Numbered from the stretch's first letter, positions 19,571 through 30,203 are shown. The stretch: DNA of 64,000 bases from an uncultured Actinomycetota bacterium (GCA_963753435.1 CAVWCF010000001.1:1536001-1600000), one strand, 5' to 3'. A program made the numbers and translations. The notes: generated by a model not told the origin, from the letters alone.

Positions 19571-20963
19571 ATGGGGACCAGCATGCGCTCGCGACGGGCG
19601 CTTCCGGCGATTTTGGCTGCCAGCGCACTCGCTCTGAGCGGCTGTATTGGCGCGGCCAGCGCCGACGGTGTCTTCACCAACGTCAACGGTGGTGGCGACG
19701 GCAACTCCAACGGCGGTGCAGTTGCCGCGCCTGGGGTCACCGACAGTTCGGTCAAGCTCGTCTACATCGAGAACCAGCTAGGTGCCCTCGCCGACCAACT
19801 GGGCTTCATCCAGCCGGACCGCGGCGACCCGGTCGCACAGTTCGAAGCGATGGTCGCCTGGGCGAATGAGAACGGCGGCATCGCCGGCCGTCAGATCGAG
19901 CCGGTCGTCAAGCCGTACATCGCGTCCACCGACTCGCCCGAGGCCGTCGACGCCCTGTGCAACGCGATCACGCAGGACGAGCAGGCGTTCGCCGTCATCC
20001 TCAACGGCCAACTGCAGCCCAACGCCCGCCCCTGCTACGCCAAGCGCTCCACGCTCATGCTTGAGGGCGGCGTCATCCCGATGGACACCCAGGGCTTCGC
20101 CGACCTCGCACCGTTCTACTGGGCGCCGAGCCTGCCGGAGTACGACGAGTACCTGACCGGGCTCCTGCAAGAACTCGAAGCGAACGGCTTCTTCGAAGGC
20201 TCGGCGGGCGTGGGTCTGGTCGCCAACGATGACCCAGTCGTGGACCGGGTCACCGAAGAAATCGTCAAGCCGAAATTGGCCGAACTCGGCTTCGACAACC
20301 CGCCCGTCTACAGCATCGACCCGTCCAACGTCGGCAACATCAACAAGAGCCTCGAGCAGGCCGTGGTCGGCTTGATCAGCGCCGGCGCGGACCGGGTCCT
20401 CTTCCTCGGTGACAGCCGTCTCGGCCCCTTCTACATCACGATCGCCGACATCCAGCAGTACAACGGCCGCCTGGCTATCGGCTCCTACGACAGCCCGCGC
20501 TTCCTGGCCGACAACGGCACCCAGTCCCCGCCGCTGATCCCGCAGAAGTACCTGACCGACTCCCAGGGGATCAGCCTGCTTCCGGTCACCGACGTCCGCG
20601 ACGACCAACTGCCGTTCCCGGCCACCGAGGGCGAGCAGGAGTGCCTCGACATCTATAAGGCCAAGGGTCTTGAGTTCGCCGGCCGTGGCGAGGCGCAGTT
20701 CGCGTTCATCACCTGCGACCAGGTCCGCTTCCTCAAGGAAGCCGCAGACAAGGGCGGCGACGACCTGTCCGCCCGCAGTGTGGAGTCCGGGGCCTGGCAA
20801 CTCGGTGAGGACTTCAAGTCCGCAATCTCGCCGAAGTCGCGGTTCGAGGAAGGCCGCTACGCCGGCACCGTCGCCTACCGGAACCTGCGCTTCGACACAG
20901 GGCGCCGGCGCCTACGTCTACGACAGCCTCGACCTGCTCGACCTGCCGGAGGTCGAGTCGTGA
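19571..20963 (+). CDS. ABC substrate-binding lipoprotein (LivJ/K-like), +1 frameshift near 20899
   Basis: Lipobox LSGC; APGVT...VKL, N..GGIAGRQI. The natural C-terminus GAGAYVYDSLDLLDLPEVES* lies in another frame, with a GTGA stop/start overlap at 20960-20963. Confidence 0.8.
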
Positions 20964-23824
20964 GCGAGGCGGGTCTCCCCGCTCATCTCGATTACGCCTC
21001 GCGCGTCGCCCTCGGGGTGACGGGCGAGCGCAGCGTTGCCGGCTACCTACGCGCCGCCGGCGCGCGCGGCCGGGCCCGCGTCACGAGCCTGTCCCGATTG
21101 TCATTCGCTGATGCCGCACCCACCGCTGCGGTGGTCCTGCTCGTCAGTGCGGCGGCCGAAGACCTTGGTCTGTCCGCCGGTCAGGTGGTCACCGCGCTGC
21201 TGATCGGCGGCCTCGGGCTGGTCGCCGGCGCCATCCTCGGAATCAATGTCGCCGACAGCGGACGTCGGCTGAAGGTCGCTGTGGCCGTCGGCACCAACGC
21301 CGGCATCCTCGCCATCCTCATTGCCCAACTCAGCGCCTTCTGGCTGCTGGCGGTGCTGTTCGCCGCCCGCGGCGTGCTGCTCGGATACGGACAAGCCGTC
21401 CAACGCCCCCTGGTGATGGACGTCGTCCCGCCGGAGGCGCGCATCCGCGCCTTCGCCCGCTGGCGTGGCGCCGCGATCTTTGCCGCCGCAGCCGCCGCCG
21501 GATCGGCGGCGTTGGTGCTTTCCGGACCGCAGTGGTCCTGGAGCACCGTCGTCACCTTCCTCGGCGCCCTGGCGATCGTGCTGGGCCTGGCCGTCGCCTT
21601 CGTCGACGACCCCGGGGCCGGGGGCCTGGAGCAGGATCGACTGCGCCGCGTAGTCACCGAGGAGGGCGCTCCCTCGGCCGTCATCAACGGTGCCGGGGCC
21701 TCATTCGGGGTGCTGGCGCGCACCCCCGCCGCCCGGATCTCGCTGTCCAGTTACGTCGGAGTGGGCGCGGCGACGCTGGCCCCGCTGCCAGTGGGCTTCT
21801 CCGTGGCTCAGGAACGTGGCTACACCGCCGGCTCGGCCCTCCTCGGCCTGGCCCTGGCGTACCTGGTGGCCGCGGGAGTGGTCGTCTTCGCCGCAGACGG
21901 ACTGGACGCGCGGCGGCAGGCCGGATGGGACCGGCTGGCCAAGGTCGTCCCGGTGCTACTCGCGGTGGCCGCCGTGGGCGTGATCGTCGCCGCATCTGTC
22001 GCGTCCCCGATCGCCGTCATCGTCGGCGTCGGCGTGGCCGCGGCCGCCGCCGGGCTCACCGCTGCATCTCTGGACGGGGTTGCACTTTCGGCCGTCTGGG
22101 CTTCGGACCGGCCGGGGGTCAGCGGGTACAGCACCATCTCGACACTCGCCGGCGGGCTCCTGGGTCTGGCTCTCGCTTACTGGCTTGGTGGCCCGGGCGG
22201 CTTTGCCGCGGTCGGTCTGTTGATCGCCCTGACGGCCGGCTTGTCGCTGCGGCTACCCAAGGCAGCCGCCGAATCGTTCGTCGACTCCCTGCGCGCCCTC
22301 GGGCTCGCCTACGAGAAGGTCTACGGGCCCGCGCTGAACCGGGTCGGCCCGCCGGAGTGGGCGACCAACAGCGCCGGCTTCACCCCGCCCGGATACGGCT
22401 GGGGTCCCACCGCGCTACCTGGTGGTGCGGCCTGGGCCGCTCAGACAGCGGGCGGCGTCGGCTACGCGGCGCCCGGTTACGGGACGCCCACCTACGCCGA
22501 TCAGCCCGTCGGTGGCTACCCGAGCCCGACCGCACCGGGGGACTACCCGCTTTACGCACCAGTCGACGGCGGGCTGTCCGGTGCCGGTGTCGCCGGCGCC
22601 GGAGCCGCCGCGGGCGCCGCACTGTGGGCGTCCGGTTGGAGCACCGACGGCGCCGACGCCCTGAGCAGCCCCACGATCCCGGGTGAGGCCACCCCGGCCG
22701 AACCGGCGGCGTGGACCCCCGGCGACGACCTGACCCAGCCCGCTAGCGCCTACCTCGGCGGGGCCGCGAACGCCCCCGAGGAGCCGGCCGAACCGACCTA
22801 CGTCCAGCCACAGTCGTGGACCCCGGTGTGGGAGTTCCTCCCGGCCGCACCGCTGGCGCTTGCCGCCGCGCCGGCGTCTACCAACGGACACGCTGCCGAT
22901 GCCCTGTCCGCACCCGCGGCGTTCACCCAGCCGAGCGCCACTCCTCAGGCCGCAGCAGCCGCGCCAGCTGCGGCCGCAGCAGTGGCCGCTGTGGCCGCCA
23001 CCACCGTCACCGAGCCCGCCCCGGCCCCGGCCGGCGGCGTCCCGACGTTGCACCACCCGGCCAACGGCGGCGTCCACATCCTGGAGGGACGCGGCGTTTC
23101 CTACTCCTACGGCTCGGTGCAGGTGCTGTTCGACGTCAACCTCTACGTGCAGCGCGGCGAGCTGGTGGCCCTGCTCGGACCGAACGGCGTCGGCAAGACC
23201 ACGTTGCTGCGCGTGCTGTCCGGCTTGGCGCGAGCAGACGAGGGCCAGGTCATCCTCGACGGCCAGGACGTTTCCCGCGTCCCCGCGTCCAAGCGGGTCG
23301 CCATGGGCCTCAGCGAGATCGTCGGTGGCGAGGCCGTCTTCGGGTCCATGACGGTCGCGGAGAACCTGCGGATGTACGGGTTCAGCATGGCCAAGGACAA
23401 GCAGTCCGTGGACGCCGGCATCCAGGCCGCCTATGACCAGTTCCCGCGGCTGGCGGACCGCCGCAACCAACTCGCCAGCACCCTGTCCGGTGGCGAGAAG
23501 CAGATGCTCGGCCTGTCCAAGGCGCTGATCGTCAAGCCGCAGATCCTCATGGTCGACGAGTTCTCCCTCGGTCTGGCCCCGGTCATCGTCGGGGAGCTGA
23601 TGGGCCTGGTCCGTCGCCTCAACGCCGAAGGCACCGCGGTGCTCCTGGTGGAGCAGTCGGTCAACGTCGCACTGTCGCTGGTGCACCGCGCCTACTTCAT
23701 GGAGAAGGGGCGCCTGGTGTTCGAAGGGCTGGCTGAGGAGTTGCGCGGCCGCCCCGACCTGGTCGCGGAGATCACCCTCGGCGGGCACGCCGATGCGCTG
23801 GCGAGCGCGGAGGCGGCGGCATGA
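20960..23824 (+). CDS. MFS-like domain fused to LivF-type ABC ATPase
   Basis: About 12 TM helices, a long Pro/Ala/Gly-rich linker, then GPNGVGKT, LSGGEKQM, MVDE, VEQ. Confidence 0.8.
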   Translation: MSEAGLPAHLDYASRVALGVTGERSVAGYLRAAGARGRARVTSLSRLSFADAAPTAAVVLLVSAAAEDLGLSAGQVVTALLIGGLGLVAGAILGINVADSGRRLKVAVAVGTNAGILAILIAQLSAFWLLAVLFAARGVLLGYGQAVQRPLVMDVVPPEARIRAFARWRGAAIFAAAAAAGSAALVLSGPQWSWSTVVTFLGALAIVLGLAVAFVDDPGAGGLEQDRLRRVVTEEGAPSAVINGAGASFGVLARTPAARISLSSYVGVGAATLAPLPVGFSVAQERGYTAGSALLGLALAYLVAAGVVVFAADGLDARRQAGWDRLAKVVPVLLAVAAVGVIVAASVASPIAVIVGVGVAAAAAGLTAASLDGVALSAVWASDRPGVSGYSTISTLAGGLLGLALAYWLGGPGGFAAVGLLIALTAGLSLRLPKAAAESFVDSLRALGLAYEKVYGPALNRVGPPEWATNSAGFTPPGYGWGPTALPGGAAWAAQTAGGVGYAAPGYGTPTYADQPVGGYPSPTAPGDYPLYAPVDGGLSGAGVAGAGAAAGAALWASGWSTDGADALSSPTIPGEATPAEPAAWTPGDDLTQPASAYLGGAANAPEEPAEPTYVQPQSWTPVWEFLPAAPLALAAAPASTNGHAADALSAPAAFTQPSATPQAAAAAPAAAAAVAAVAATTVTEPAPAPAGGVPTLHHPANGGVHILEGRGVSYSYGSVQVLFDVNLYVQRGELVALLGPNGVGKTTLLRVLSGLARADEGQVILDGQDVSRVPASKRVAMGLSEIVGGEAVFGSMTVAENLRMYGFSMAKDKQSVDAGIQAAYDQFPRLADRRNQLASTLSGGEKQMLGLSKALIVKPQILMVDEFSLGLAPVIVGELMGLVRRLNAEGTAVLLVEQSVNVALSLVHRAYFMEKGRLVFEGLAEELRGRPDLVAEITLGGHADALASAEAAA

Positions 23825-26800
23825 ACACCGGGCTTGCGGCTGCCACCATCGCCGGCTTCGACCTGTCCGCCGGGCGGCTGCTGCTCGGCATCCTGAACGG
23901 TTTGATCTACGGGTTGCTCGCCGTCGGGCTGGTGCTGACCTACCGGGCCAGCCGGTTCATCAACTTCGCCTACGGCGGCATCGGCCTGTTCGGCGCGGCC
24001 ATCCTCGGTGTGACCGTGGGCAAGTTCGGCATCCCCTACTGGGTCGGCTTCGTCCTGGCACTGATCGCCGGTGCAGCGATCGCGGCGTTCACCGAAGCGG
24101 GGCTGGTCCGGCGGCTGGAGAAGGCGCCCCGCGTCCTCGGCACCATCGTCACGCTCGGCTTCGGCCAGTTCCTGGTGATCGTGGCGCTGCTGATCAACAA
24201 GGACAACTCCGGCGGCCGGTTCTTCCCGTCCCCGTCGGGGCTGCCGGAGTTCAAGGTCAGCGGGATCGTCATCTCCGCGCCCTTCGTGGCGATGCTCATC
24301 TTCACGCCGATCCTCATGGCCTCGCTGTCGGTGTTCCTCAAGCGCAGTCGCTACGGCCTGGCGATCCGCGCGGCCGCGGACAACCCCGATGCCGCGTCCC
24401 TGGCCGGTGTCACCGCATCGCGAATGGTCACGTTGTCGTGGGCCATCTCCGGCGGTATCGCGGCGTTCTCGGCCTCGCTGGTCCTGCCCACCCAGGGCAC
24501 GCCGTCGATCGAGACCATCGGCCCCACGCTGCTGCTGTTCGGTTTGGCCGGTGCGGTCATCGGTCGGCTGCAGAACATCCCGGTGGCGTTCCTGTCCAGC
24601 CTCGGCATCGGCGTGGTGGAGCAGGTCGTCCGCTCCAAGGACCCGACCAGTGGGCTGGCGGAGTTGGTGCTGGGTTCGATCATCATCCTGGCGCTGCTGC
24701 TGCAGCCGAAGCTGTCCACCCGGGTTGAGGTCAAGAGCGACTGGGCCCTCGTTACCCCGCGCCGACTGCCGAGCGCGTACCAGAAGGTGTTCCTGATCCG
24801 CTGGCTGCCGCGGTTGGCGCTGTACGGGGTGCTGGGCTACCTGGCCTACCTGGCGTTCGTGGTCAACAACGAGACCGCGTCCAAGCTGACCGTGTTCGTC
24901 GGCTACGCGATCATCGGCTTGTCCGTGCTGCTGGTCACCGGCCTCGGCGGACAGCTGTCGCTGGGCCAGGTGGCGTTCGCCAGCATCGGTGCGGTTGCCA
25001 GCGTCAAGGTCGCCGAAGCCACCGGCTACTTCGACCTGGCGCTGATCGCCGCCGCCTTCGTGGCCGCCGTGGTGGCGATCCTGGTCGGCATCCCGGCACT
25101 GCGGTTGTCCGGTCTGGCGTTGGCAGTGAGCACGCTGTCGTTCTCGCTGATAACCGCCACCTGGCTGTTGCGGCAGGACTGGGCCTTCGGCAACGGCGTC
25201 GACCCGTTGCGGCCGGTGATCGCCGGTCTGGGCTTCTTCAGCTCCAAGGGGTTCTACCTGTTCTCCGTTGGCGTGCTGGTGGTCGCGTTCTTCCTGGTGG
25301 GCAGCCTGCGCCGGTCCTCCTTCGGGCGGATCTCCATCGCGTTGCGTGACAACGAACAGGCCGCCCGCGCCTTCACCGTGCCGAGCAACCGCCGCCGGTT
25401 GCAGCTCTATGGCGCGGCCGGTGCCATCGCCGGCCTCGGTGGCGCGGTCATCGGCCACGGCCAGTCGAACCTGACGTTCGCGGCCTTCCCGGCCCAGGCG
25501 AACATCGACGTGGTCGCCGAAGCGGTTGTCGGTGGTCTGACCGTGCTGATCGGCCCGGTCCTGGGTGCTCTCTACATCGTGGGCCTGCCGTCGCTGCTGA
25601 GCCTGAGCACCATCGGGATCGCGATCCTGACGCTCGGCTGGCTGGTTCTGATCATCCTCATTCCGACTGGAATCGGCGGGGTGCTGCTGAACCTCTGGGG
25701 CAGCCTCGCCGATGGCATCGCCCGGCTGCGGGGGATCAACCCGGCGGTGGCGCGGGCGGCCGACGCCGGCGGCGCGCTGGAACGATCCGCAGAATCCCTG
25801 GACCTCACCCATTTCCGCCGCGCGGACCTGGCTCCGGCGGGGACCAACGGGTCGGGTCCCGCCGGTCAACCGGCCGCCGAGCAGATCCCCGGCGCCCCGA
25901 GCGCGGAGACCGTGGTCCCGGGCGGGCAGTGGATGCCGCCGTCGGCCCAGACCGGTCAGGCCCTGCCCATGGGCGTGGAGTACCCGCAGGTCTCGACCCA
26001 GCCGATGCCGCCGGTTGCCCAGCCGGTGCCGCAGCGCGCCGCCCCGGCAACGGTCCGCGAGGTGCAGTTGTCGGTGCGCAACATCAGCCGCTCCTTCGGC
26101 GGGGTGCGGGCCGTCGTCGACGTTTCGCTGGACGTCTACCGCGGCGAGATCCTCGGCATCATCGGCCCCAACGGTGCGGGCAAGACGACCTTCTTCGAGA
26201 TCCTCACCGGCTTCACCTCAGCCGATGCCGGCAACGTGGTCTTCGAGGGCCGCGACATCACCAAGTCCTCCCCGGAGCGGCGTGCCCGCGCGGGCCTGGT
26301 CCGGTCCTTCCAGTCCAGCGCCCTGTTCCCGACCCTCACCGTGCTGGAGACCGTGATGGTCGCCGAGGAGCGCACCGTCCCGACGGGGACGTTGGAGTCG
26401 GTGACGGGCATCAGCCGCAAGGAGGGCAAGCGGCGTGCGCGGTCAATGGAACTGCTGGACGTCATGGGGTTGCGCTCCCTGGCCTACCGGCAGGTGAGCG
26501 GGCTGTCCACCGGGCAGCGGCGCATGGTGGAACTGACCTGCATGCTGGCGCTGGAGCCGCGGACCCTGCTGCTGGACGAGCCGGCCGGTGGCCTGTCGAC
26601 GGCCGAGGGCGACCAACTCGTGGAGCTGTTCACTGCGATCCGACGCGACCTGGGCACGACGCTGGTAATCGTCGAGCACGACCTGCCGCTGCTGAACCGC
26701 ACCGTGGACCGCATGGTCGCCATGGAACTGGGCGCGATCATCGCCGTCGGCACCCCGGAGGAGGTGCGCAACCACCCCGATGTGGTCCGCTCCTACCTGG

Positions 26801-26850
26801 GCACCGAAGCCGCAGCGGTCGAGCGCAGCGGCTCCCTCACCCCCGCCTGA
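23821..26850 (+). CDS. LivH-LivM permease fused to LivG-type ATPase
   Basis: INFAYG, G.AIRA.ADN, GQLSLGQ, ALRDNE; GPNGAGKT, LSTGQRR, LLDEP, VEHD, V.RSYLG. Confidence 0.88.
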   Translation: MNTGLAAATIAGFDLSAGRLLLGILNGLIYGLLAVGLVLTYRASRFINFAYGGIGLFGAAILGVTVGKFGIPYWVGFVLALIAGAAIAAFTEAGLVRRLEKAPRVLGTIVTLGFGQFLVIVALLINKDNSGGRFFPSPSGLPEFKVSGIVISAPFVAMLIFTPILMASLSVFLKRSRYGLAIRAAADNPDAASLAGVTASRMVTLSWAISGGIAAFSASLVLPTQGTPSIETIGPTLLLFGLAGAVIGRLQNIPVAFLSSLGIGVVEQVVRSKDPTSGLAELVLGSIIILALLLQPKLSTRVEVKSDWALVTPRRLPSAYQKVFLIRWLPRLALYGVLGYLAYLAFVVNNETASKLTVFVGYAIIGLSVLLVTGLGGQLSLGQVAFASIGAVASVKVAEATGYFDLALIAAAFVAAVVAILVGIPALRLSGLALAVSTLSFSLITATWLLRQDWAFGNGVDPLRPVIAGLGFFSSKGFYLFSVGVLVVAFFLVGSLRRSSFGRISIALRDNEQAARAFTVPSNRRRLQLYGAAGAIAGLGGAVIGHGQSNLTFAAFPAQANIDVVAEAVVGGLTVLIGPVLGALYIVGLPSLLSLSTIGIAILTLGWLVLIILIPTGIGGVLLNLWGSLADGIARLRGINPAVARAADAGGALERSAESLDLTHFRRADLAPAGTNGSGPAGQPAAEQIPGAPSAETVVPGGQWMPPSAQTGQALPMGVEYPQVSTQPMPPVAQPVPQRAAPATVREVQLSVRNISRSFGGVRAVVDVSLDVYRGEILGIIGPNGAGKTTFFEILTGFTSADAGNVVFEGRDITKSSPERRARAGLVRSFQSSALFPTLTVLETVMVAEERTVPTGTLESVTGISRKEGKRRARSMELLDVMGLRSLAYRQVSGLSTGQRRMVELTCMLALEPRTLLLDEPAGGLSTAEGDQLVELFTAIRRDLGTTLVIVEHDLPLLNRTVDRMVAMELGAIIAVGTPEEVRNHPDVVRSYLGTEAAAVERSGSLTPA

Positions 26851-26854
26851 ACCC

Positions 26855-26900
26855 CTTGAATGCGGCTTTCAGGCGAATAGACCGCCGATTAGCCGCCTCA
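26855..26900. repeat. REP-like repeat, family B (degenerate)
   Basis: CTTGAATGCGGCTTTCAGGCG... resembles the reverse complement of 50035-50083; lies between convergent genes. Confidence 0.5.
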
Positions 26901-26914
26901 CCGGGTGGAACAGC

Positions 26915-27304
26915 TCAGGACGGTGAGGATTCGCCCGTTGTGGATTCGGCGGCAGTGGCCTCGTTCTCGTCGGGGGCCGGGACCTCGACCTCACGAACGG
27001 CCTCGATCAATTGCCGCAGCGCCGGCTCGGGCAGCGCGCCGGCCTGGCTGAAGACCACCGTGCGGTCCTTGACCGCCACCAGCGTGGGGATGGCCGACAC
27101 GTTGAAGGCGCCCGCGAGTTCCGGCTGCGCTTCGGTGTCCACCTTGGCGAACAGGATGTCCGGGTTCTCCTCGGACACACGCTCGAAGACCGGCGCGAAT
27201 CCGCGGCACGGCCCACACCACTCGGCCCAGAAGTCAATGATCGTGATCGGCGAACCGGTCACGGACTCGGTGAACGTTTCCTTCGTCAGGGCCTGCGTGG
27301 CCAT
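26915..27304 (-). CDS. trxA: Thioredoxin
   Basis: IDFWAEWCGPC, KVDTE, SAIPTL. Confidence 0.9.
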   Translation of the reverse strand: MATQALTKETFTESVTGSPITIIDFWAEWCGPCRGFAPVFERVSEENPDILFAKVDTEAQPELAGAFNVSAIPTLVAVKDRTVVFSQAGALPEPALRQLIEAVREVEVPAPDENEATAAESTTGESSPS

Positions 27305-27378
27305 GATCATCCTCTCGTTGGTCGGTACCCCTACGGGTATGCCAACATGTGCCCCGAATCAAACATTCCGGAGGAATT

Positions 27379-27780
27379 GTGAGCACTGACACATCGAACG
27401 GCCTGGCCACCCTCATCGAGCACGACCTGGCCGAAACCGAGGAGCGAGTAACTGCCGCCCTCGCCGCGGAGGGATTCGGTGTCCTGACCCGGATCGATGT
27501 GTCCGAGACCCTGCGGAACAAGATCGGCGCCGAGATCGAGGAGTACGTGATCCTCGGCGCCTGCAACCCGCCGCTGGCGCACCGGGCCCTGGAGCACTCC
27601 CGCCGAGTCGGGCTGCTGCTGCCGTGCAACGTGGTGCTGCGGGCCGTCGACGGCGGCACCCAGGTGGAGGCGGTCGACCCGCGCACGCTGCTGCCCGCCG
27701 ACGACCAGGCGATGTGTGATCTGGCCGACGACGCCGCCGGCCGGCTGAGCCGGGCGCTCAGCGCCGCGGCAGCCTCCTGA
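27379..27780 (+). CDS. DUF302 domain protein
   Basis: GFGVLTRID, ILGACNP..A, GLLLPCNVV. Confidence 0.9.
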   Translation: MSTDTSNGLATLIEHDLAETEERVTAALAAEGFGVLTRIDVSETLRNKIGAEIEEYVILGACNPPLAHRALEHSRRVGLLLPCNVVLRAVDGGTQVEAVDPRTLLPADDQAMCDLADDAAGRLSRALSAAAAS

Positions 27781-27806
27781 ACAGCGCCCCAGGGCAGCAA
27801 CTGAAA

Positions 27807-27843
27807 GACCGGCGCCCCCACCGAATCCGGTAGGGGCGCCGTC
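27807..27843. terminator. GC-rich hairpin between convergent genes
   Basis: GGCGCCCCCACCG-AATC-CGGTAGGGGCGCC. Confidence 0.65.
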
Positions 27844-27860
27844 CTCAGGGGAGGAACGTC

Positions 27861-28607
27861 TCAGAACTCCTCGAACATCCGCCCGAAGCCGTACAACTTG
27901 TCCTGGATGCCGTTGTCGCGCAGGGCCATCCACCAGGTCGCCGCGTTGATCGCGATGACCGGCTTGTGCAGCCACCGCTCCGCCTCGGCGGCCAGGCGCA
28001 GCATCGACAGGTTGGTGCCGACCTGAACGAGCGCGTCCGGCTCGGTGCGGTCCAACTCCAGCAGTGACTCACGCAACTGGTCCTGGGTGGTGTGCGCGAT
28101 CGAAACCGCGGTCGGGCGCTTGAGCCCGATCAGCTTCGTCACGTCGAACCCGAGCTCGTTGAAGAACTTGATGACCTGCTCGTCGCCGTTGGGCTGGTAG
28201 GGGGTCACCACGCCGATGGTCTTGACCCCGAACTTGTGCAGGACGCGTTCGCAGGCCTCCGCACCGGTGGCAACGTCCAGGCCGCCGGAACGATCCTTGA
28301 TCCGCTGCTTGAACGCCTCGTTGCCGGCTTTGCCGTCCCAGAAGGTCTCCGCCGACATGCCCATGACCATGTAGTCGACCTCGGCCGTGCAAACACGGTC
28401 GATCGCGGAGTCGATCTCCTGGTCCAGCTGAACGCGCAGGTACTCCATCTGCGACTCAGAACTCAGGTCCTGGTCGCGGATGTGGATGCGGCTGAACAGC
28501 GGTGTCACACCGGGAACGCCCATCGCGTTGAAGTCCGGCTCCACGATGCTGTTGGTGCTCGGCGCCAAGACTCCGAACTTCTTGCGCCACGCCAACTGGT
28601 CGCCCAT
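27861..28607 (-). CDS. Maleate isomerase/arylmalonate decarboxylase (Asp/Glu racemase superfamily) homologue
   Basis: G.LAPSTN..VE, SRI, MGMSAETFW, VVTPY, QVGTNL, PVIAIN. Confidence 0.85.
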   Translation of the reverse strand: MGDQLAWRKKFGVLAPSTNSIVEPDFNAMGVPGVTPLFSRIHIRDQDLSSESQMEYLRVQLDQEIDSAIDRVCTAEVDYMVMGMSAETFWDGKAGNEAFKQRIKDRSGGLDVATGAEACERVLHKFGVKTIGVVTPYQPNGDEQVIKFFNELGFDVTKLIGLKRPTAVSIAHTTQDQLRESLLELDRTEPDALVQVGTNLSMLRLAAEAERWLHKPVIAINAATWWMALRDNGIQDKLYGFGRMFEEF

Positions 28608-29266
28608 CAGGTCCCCTCCATCACCAACTCAGAGGATGCGCGGACCTTCCGCCACACCCGCCACGCCCCGAACGCGAAAGCGCCTTGAGCGACGGTGTTC
28701 ACGCTCTGCTCCGTCCACTGCAGCGCGAGGGTCTGCTCCTCGAAACTCTGCAGCCGGGTCAGCACGAACACACCGGCCAACTGAACAGCGAAGGCCACAA
28801 CTGCGGCAGGGTCCTTGGTCCGTACTGCCCAGGTAATCGCGAGGATGGTCGTGGTGAGGCTGGCCAGGACGGCGATTCCAAACAGCGGGACGACGTCGCC
28901 GATGGCGAATGCGCCGATCGTCGCCACCGCCAGTACCGCGGCGAACGGCCACCAGGGCAGCAACTTCGAACGCAGCCCGGACCAGACCGCCCACGCCACC
29001 AACGTGAACCCGAAGGACAGCAGTGGGAACAGGAACTCGTCGATGATCGTGTCCGGCCCGCCGGACGCCACGATCAGCTTCCAGGTGGCCTTGGAGGCCC
29101 CGCCGGCCACCAACAGCACCACGCCCAGGTAGCCGACTCGGGCGACCTCGGGTACCCGGCTGATCGCCGTGCGCACGAGTAGCAGGCAGCCCAGTCCGCT
29201 CAGCAGGACGGGGACGTAGTCCTCCAGCGCCAGCGGGATCGTGTAGCCGTACGGATTCGCGTCCAT
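28607..29266 (-). CDS. Hypothetical membrane protein (~7 TM)
   Basis: Hydrophobic helices; 1-nt overlap with the downstream gene. Confidence 0.75.
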   Translation of the reverse strand: MDANPYGYTIPLALEDYVPVLLSGLGCLLLVRTAISRVPEVARVGYLGVVLLVAGGASKATWKLIVASGGPDTIIDEFLFPLLSFGFTLVAWAVWSGLRSKLLPWWPFAAVLAVATIGAFAIGDVVPLFGIAVLASLTTTILAITWAVRTKDPAAVVAFAVQLAGVFVLTRLQSFEEQTLALQWTEQSVNTVAQGAFAFGAWRVWRKVRASSELVMEGT

Positions 29267-29347
29267 GGGCAGACGGTAGGTCGCCGGGGACCTGGTCAGC
29301 CTGCCGATGGCGCCGGGGACCTGACGCTCGGTGAGTTGTTGGCGCGG

Positions 29348-30157
29348 TTACTGCGAGGAAGTGGGGACCTCGACGCCTTCGAACAGGTCGCGCTTCTTGA
29401 ACGCCGCCGTGGCGAACCGGCCGGCCGCCTTGGGGCCGGACAGCCAGGCCACCCGACCGCCGTTCTTGGTGCCCTTGAGCAGGCCATCGGCCAGCATCGG
29501 GGTCACCGTCTCGACCTTGTCGCCGAGGATGTTGAAGATGCGCTTGGCCTTCTCAAAGCCCTCCGGGTCATCGGCGTAGTCACCGACAAGCAGGTCGGTC
29601 ACCACGATCCCCGGGGACAAGTGGTGGATCGACACCGGGCCGCCGTCCAGCTCCTTGGCGACCGAGTTGGTGAAGTACGTCAACGCCCGCTTGGTCGAGC
29701 CGTAGGGGGCCAGCCCGTCGGCCTTCTGGCCGCCGGAGCCGAAGCCCTCCATGTTCCAGATGTCGCCGAAGCCCTGTTCCTTCATGCCCTTCAGCGCCAC
29801 GTGCGTGCCGTTCATGGCGCCGAGCAGGTTGATCCGCACGATCTTCTCGAAGTCGGCCGGGTCCGATTCCGCCAGCGGCTTGCGGGGCAGGCCGATGCCG
29901 GCGTTGTTCACCCAGGAGTCGACCTTGCCGAACGTCGCAACCGCGAAGTCCCACAGCGCCTGCTGGTCGGCGTAGGAGGACACCTCGCACGCCTTGCCGG
30001 CGACGTTCGGAGCCCCGCCGAGCTCAGCGACGACCTTGTCCACGGCCTCCTGCGAGCGGCCGGAGACGACCACCTGCGCGCCCCGCTTGAGCAGGTTCTG
30101 CGCGATGCCGTGGCCGATGCCGCGGGTGGAACCGGTGACGACGAAGACCTTGCTCAT
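29348..30157 (-). CDS. SDR resembling chlorophyll(ide) b reductase NOL/NYC1
   Basis: TGSTRGIG, WVNNAG, IWNMEGFGS, YGSTKRA, HHLSPGIVVTDLL, FNILGD. As I recall them, plant NOL motifs are IFN.DGAGS, YGATKR and HNLSPGMVTTDLL. Confidence 0.75.
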   Translation of the reverse strand: MSKVFVVTGSTRGIGHGIAQNLLKRGAQVVVSGRSQEAVDKVVAELGGAPNVAGKACEVSSYADQQALWDFAVATFGKVDSWVNNAGIGLPRKPLAESDPADFEKIVRINLLGAMNGTHVALKGMKEQGFGDIWNMEGFGSGGQKADGLAPYGSTKRALTYFTNSVAKELDGGPVSIHHLSPGIVVTDLLVGDYADDPEGFEKAKRIFNILGDKVETVTPMLADGLLKGTKNGGRVAWLSGPKAAGRFATAAFKKRDLFEGVEVPTSSQ

Positions 30158-30203
30158 GCGGCGTTCCCTTCGGTGAATCCGATCAGTGGCGCGATGCGCC
30201 GGT

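Noticed and set aside
19571-23824. 1417-aa SBP-MFS-ATPase triple fusion in the ORF track
   Set aside because: The junction peptide (GRRRLRLRQPRPARP) is off-frame. The true SBP end and a GTGA overlap at 20960-20963 indicate two genes joined by a frameshift.
23692-25869. Long antisense ORFs (e.g. 725 aa here, 57129-58652, 44267-44944)
   Set aside because: Shadow frames of high-GC genes with no recognisable motifs.
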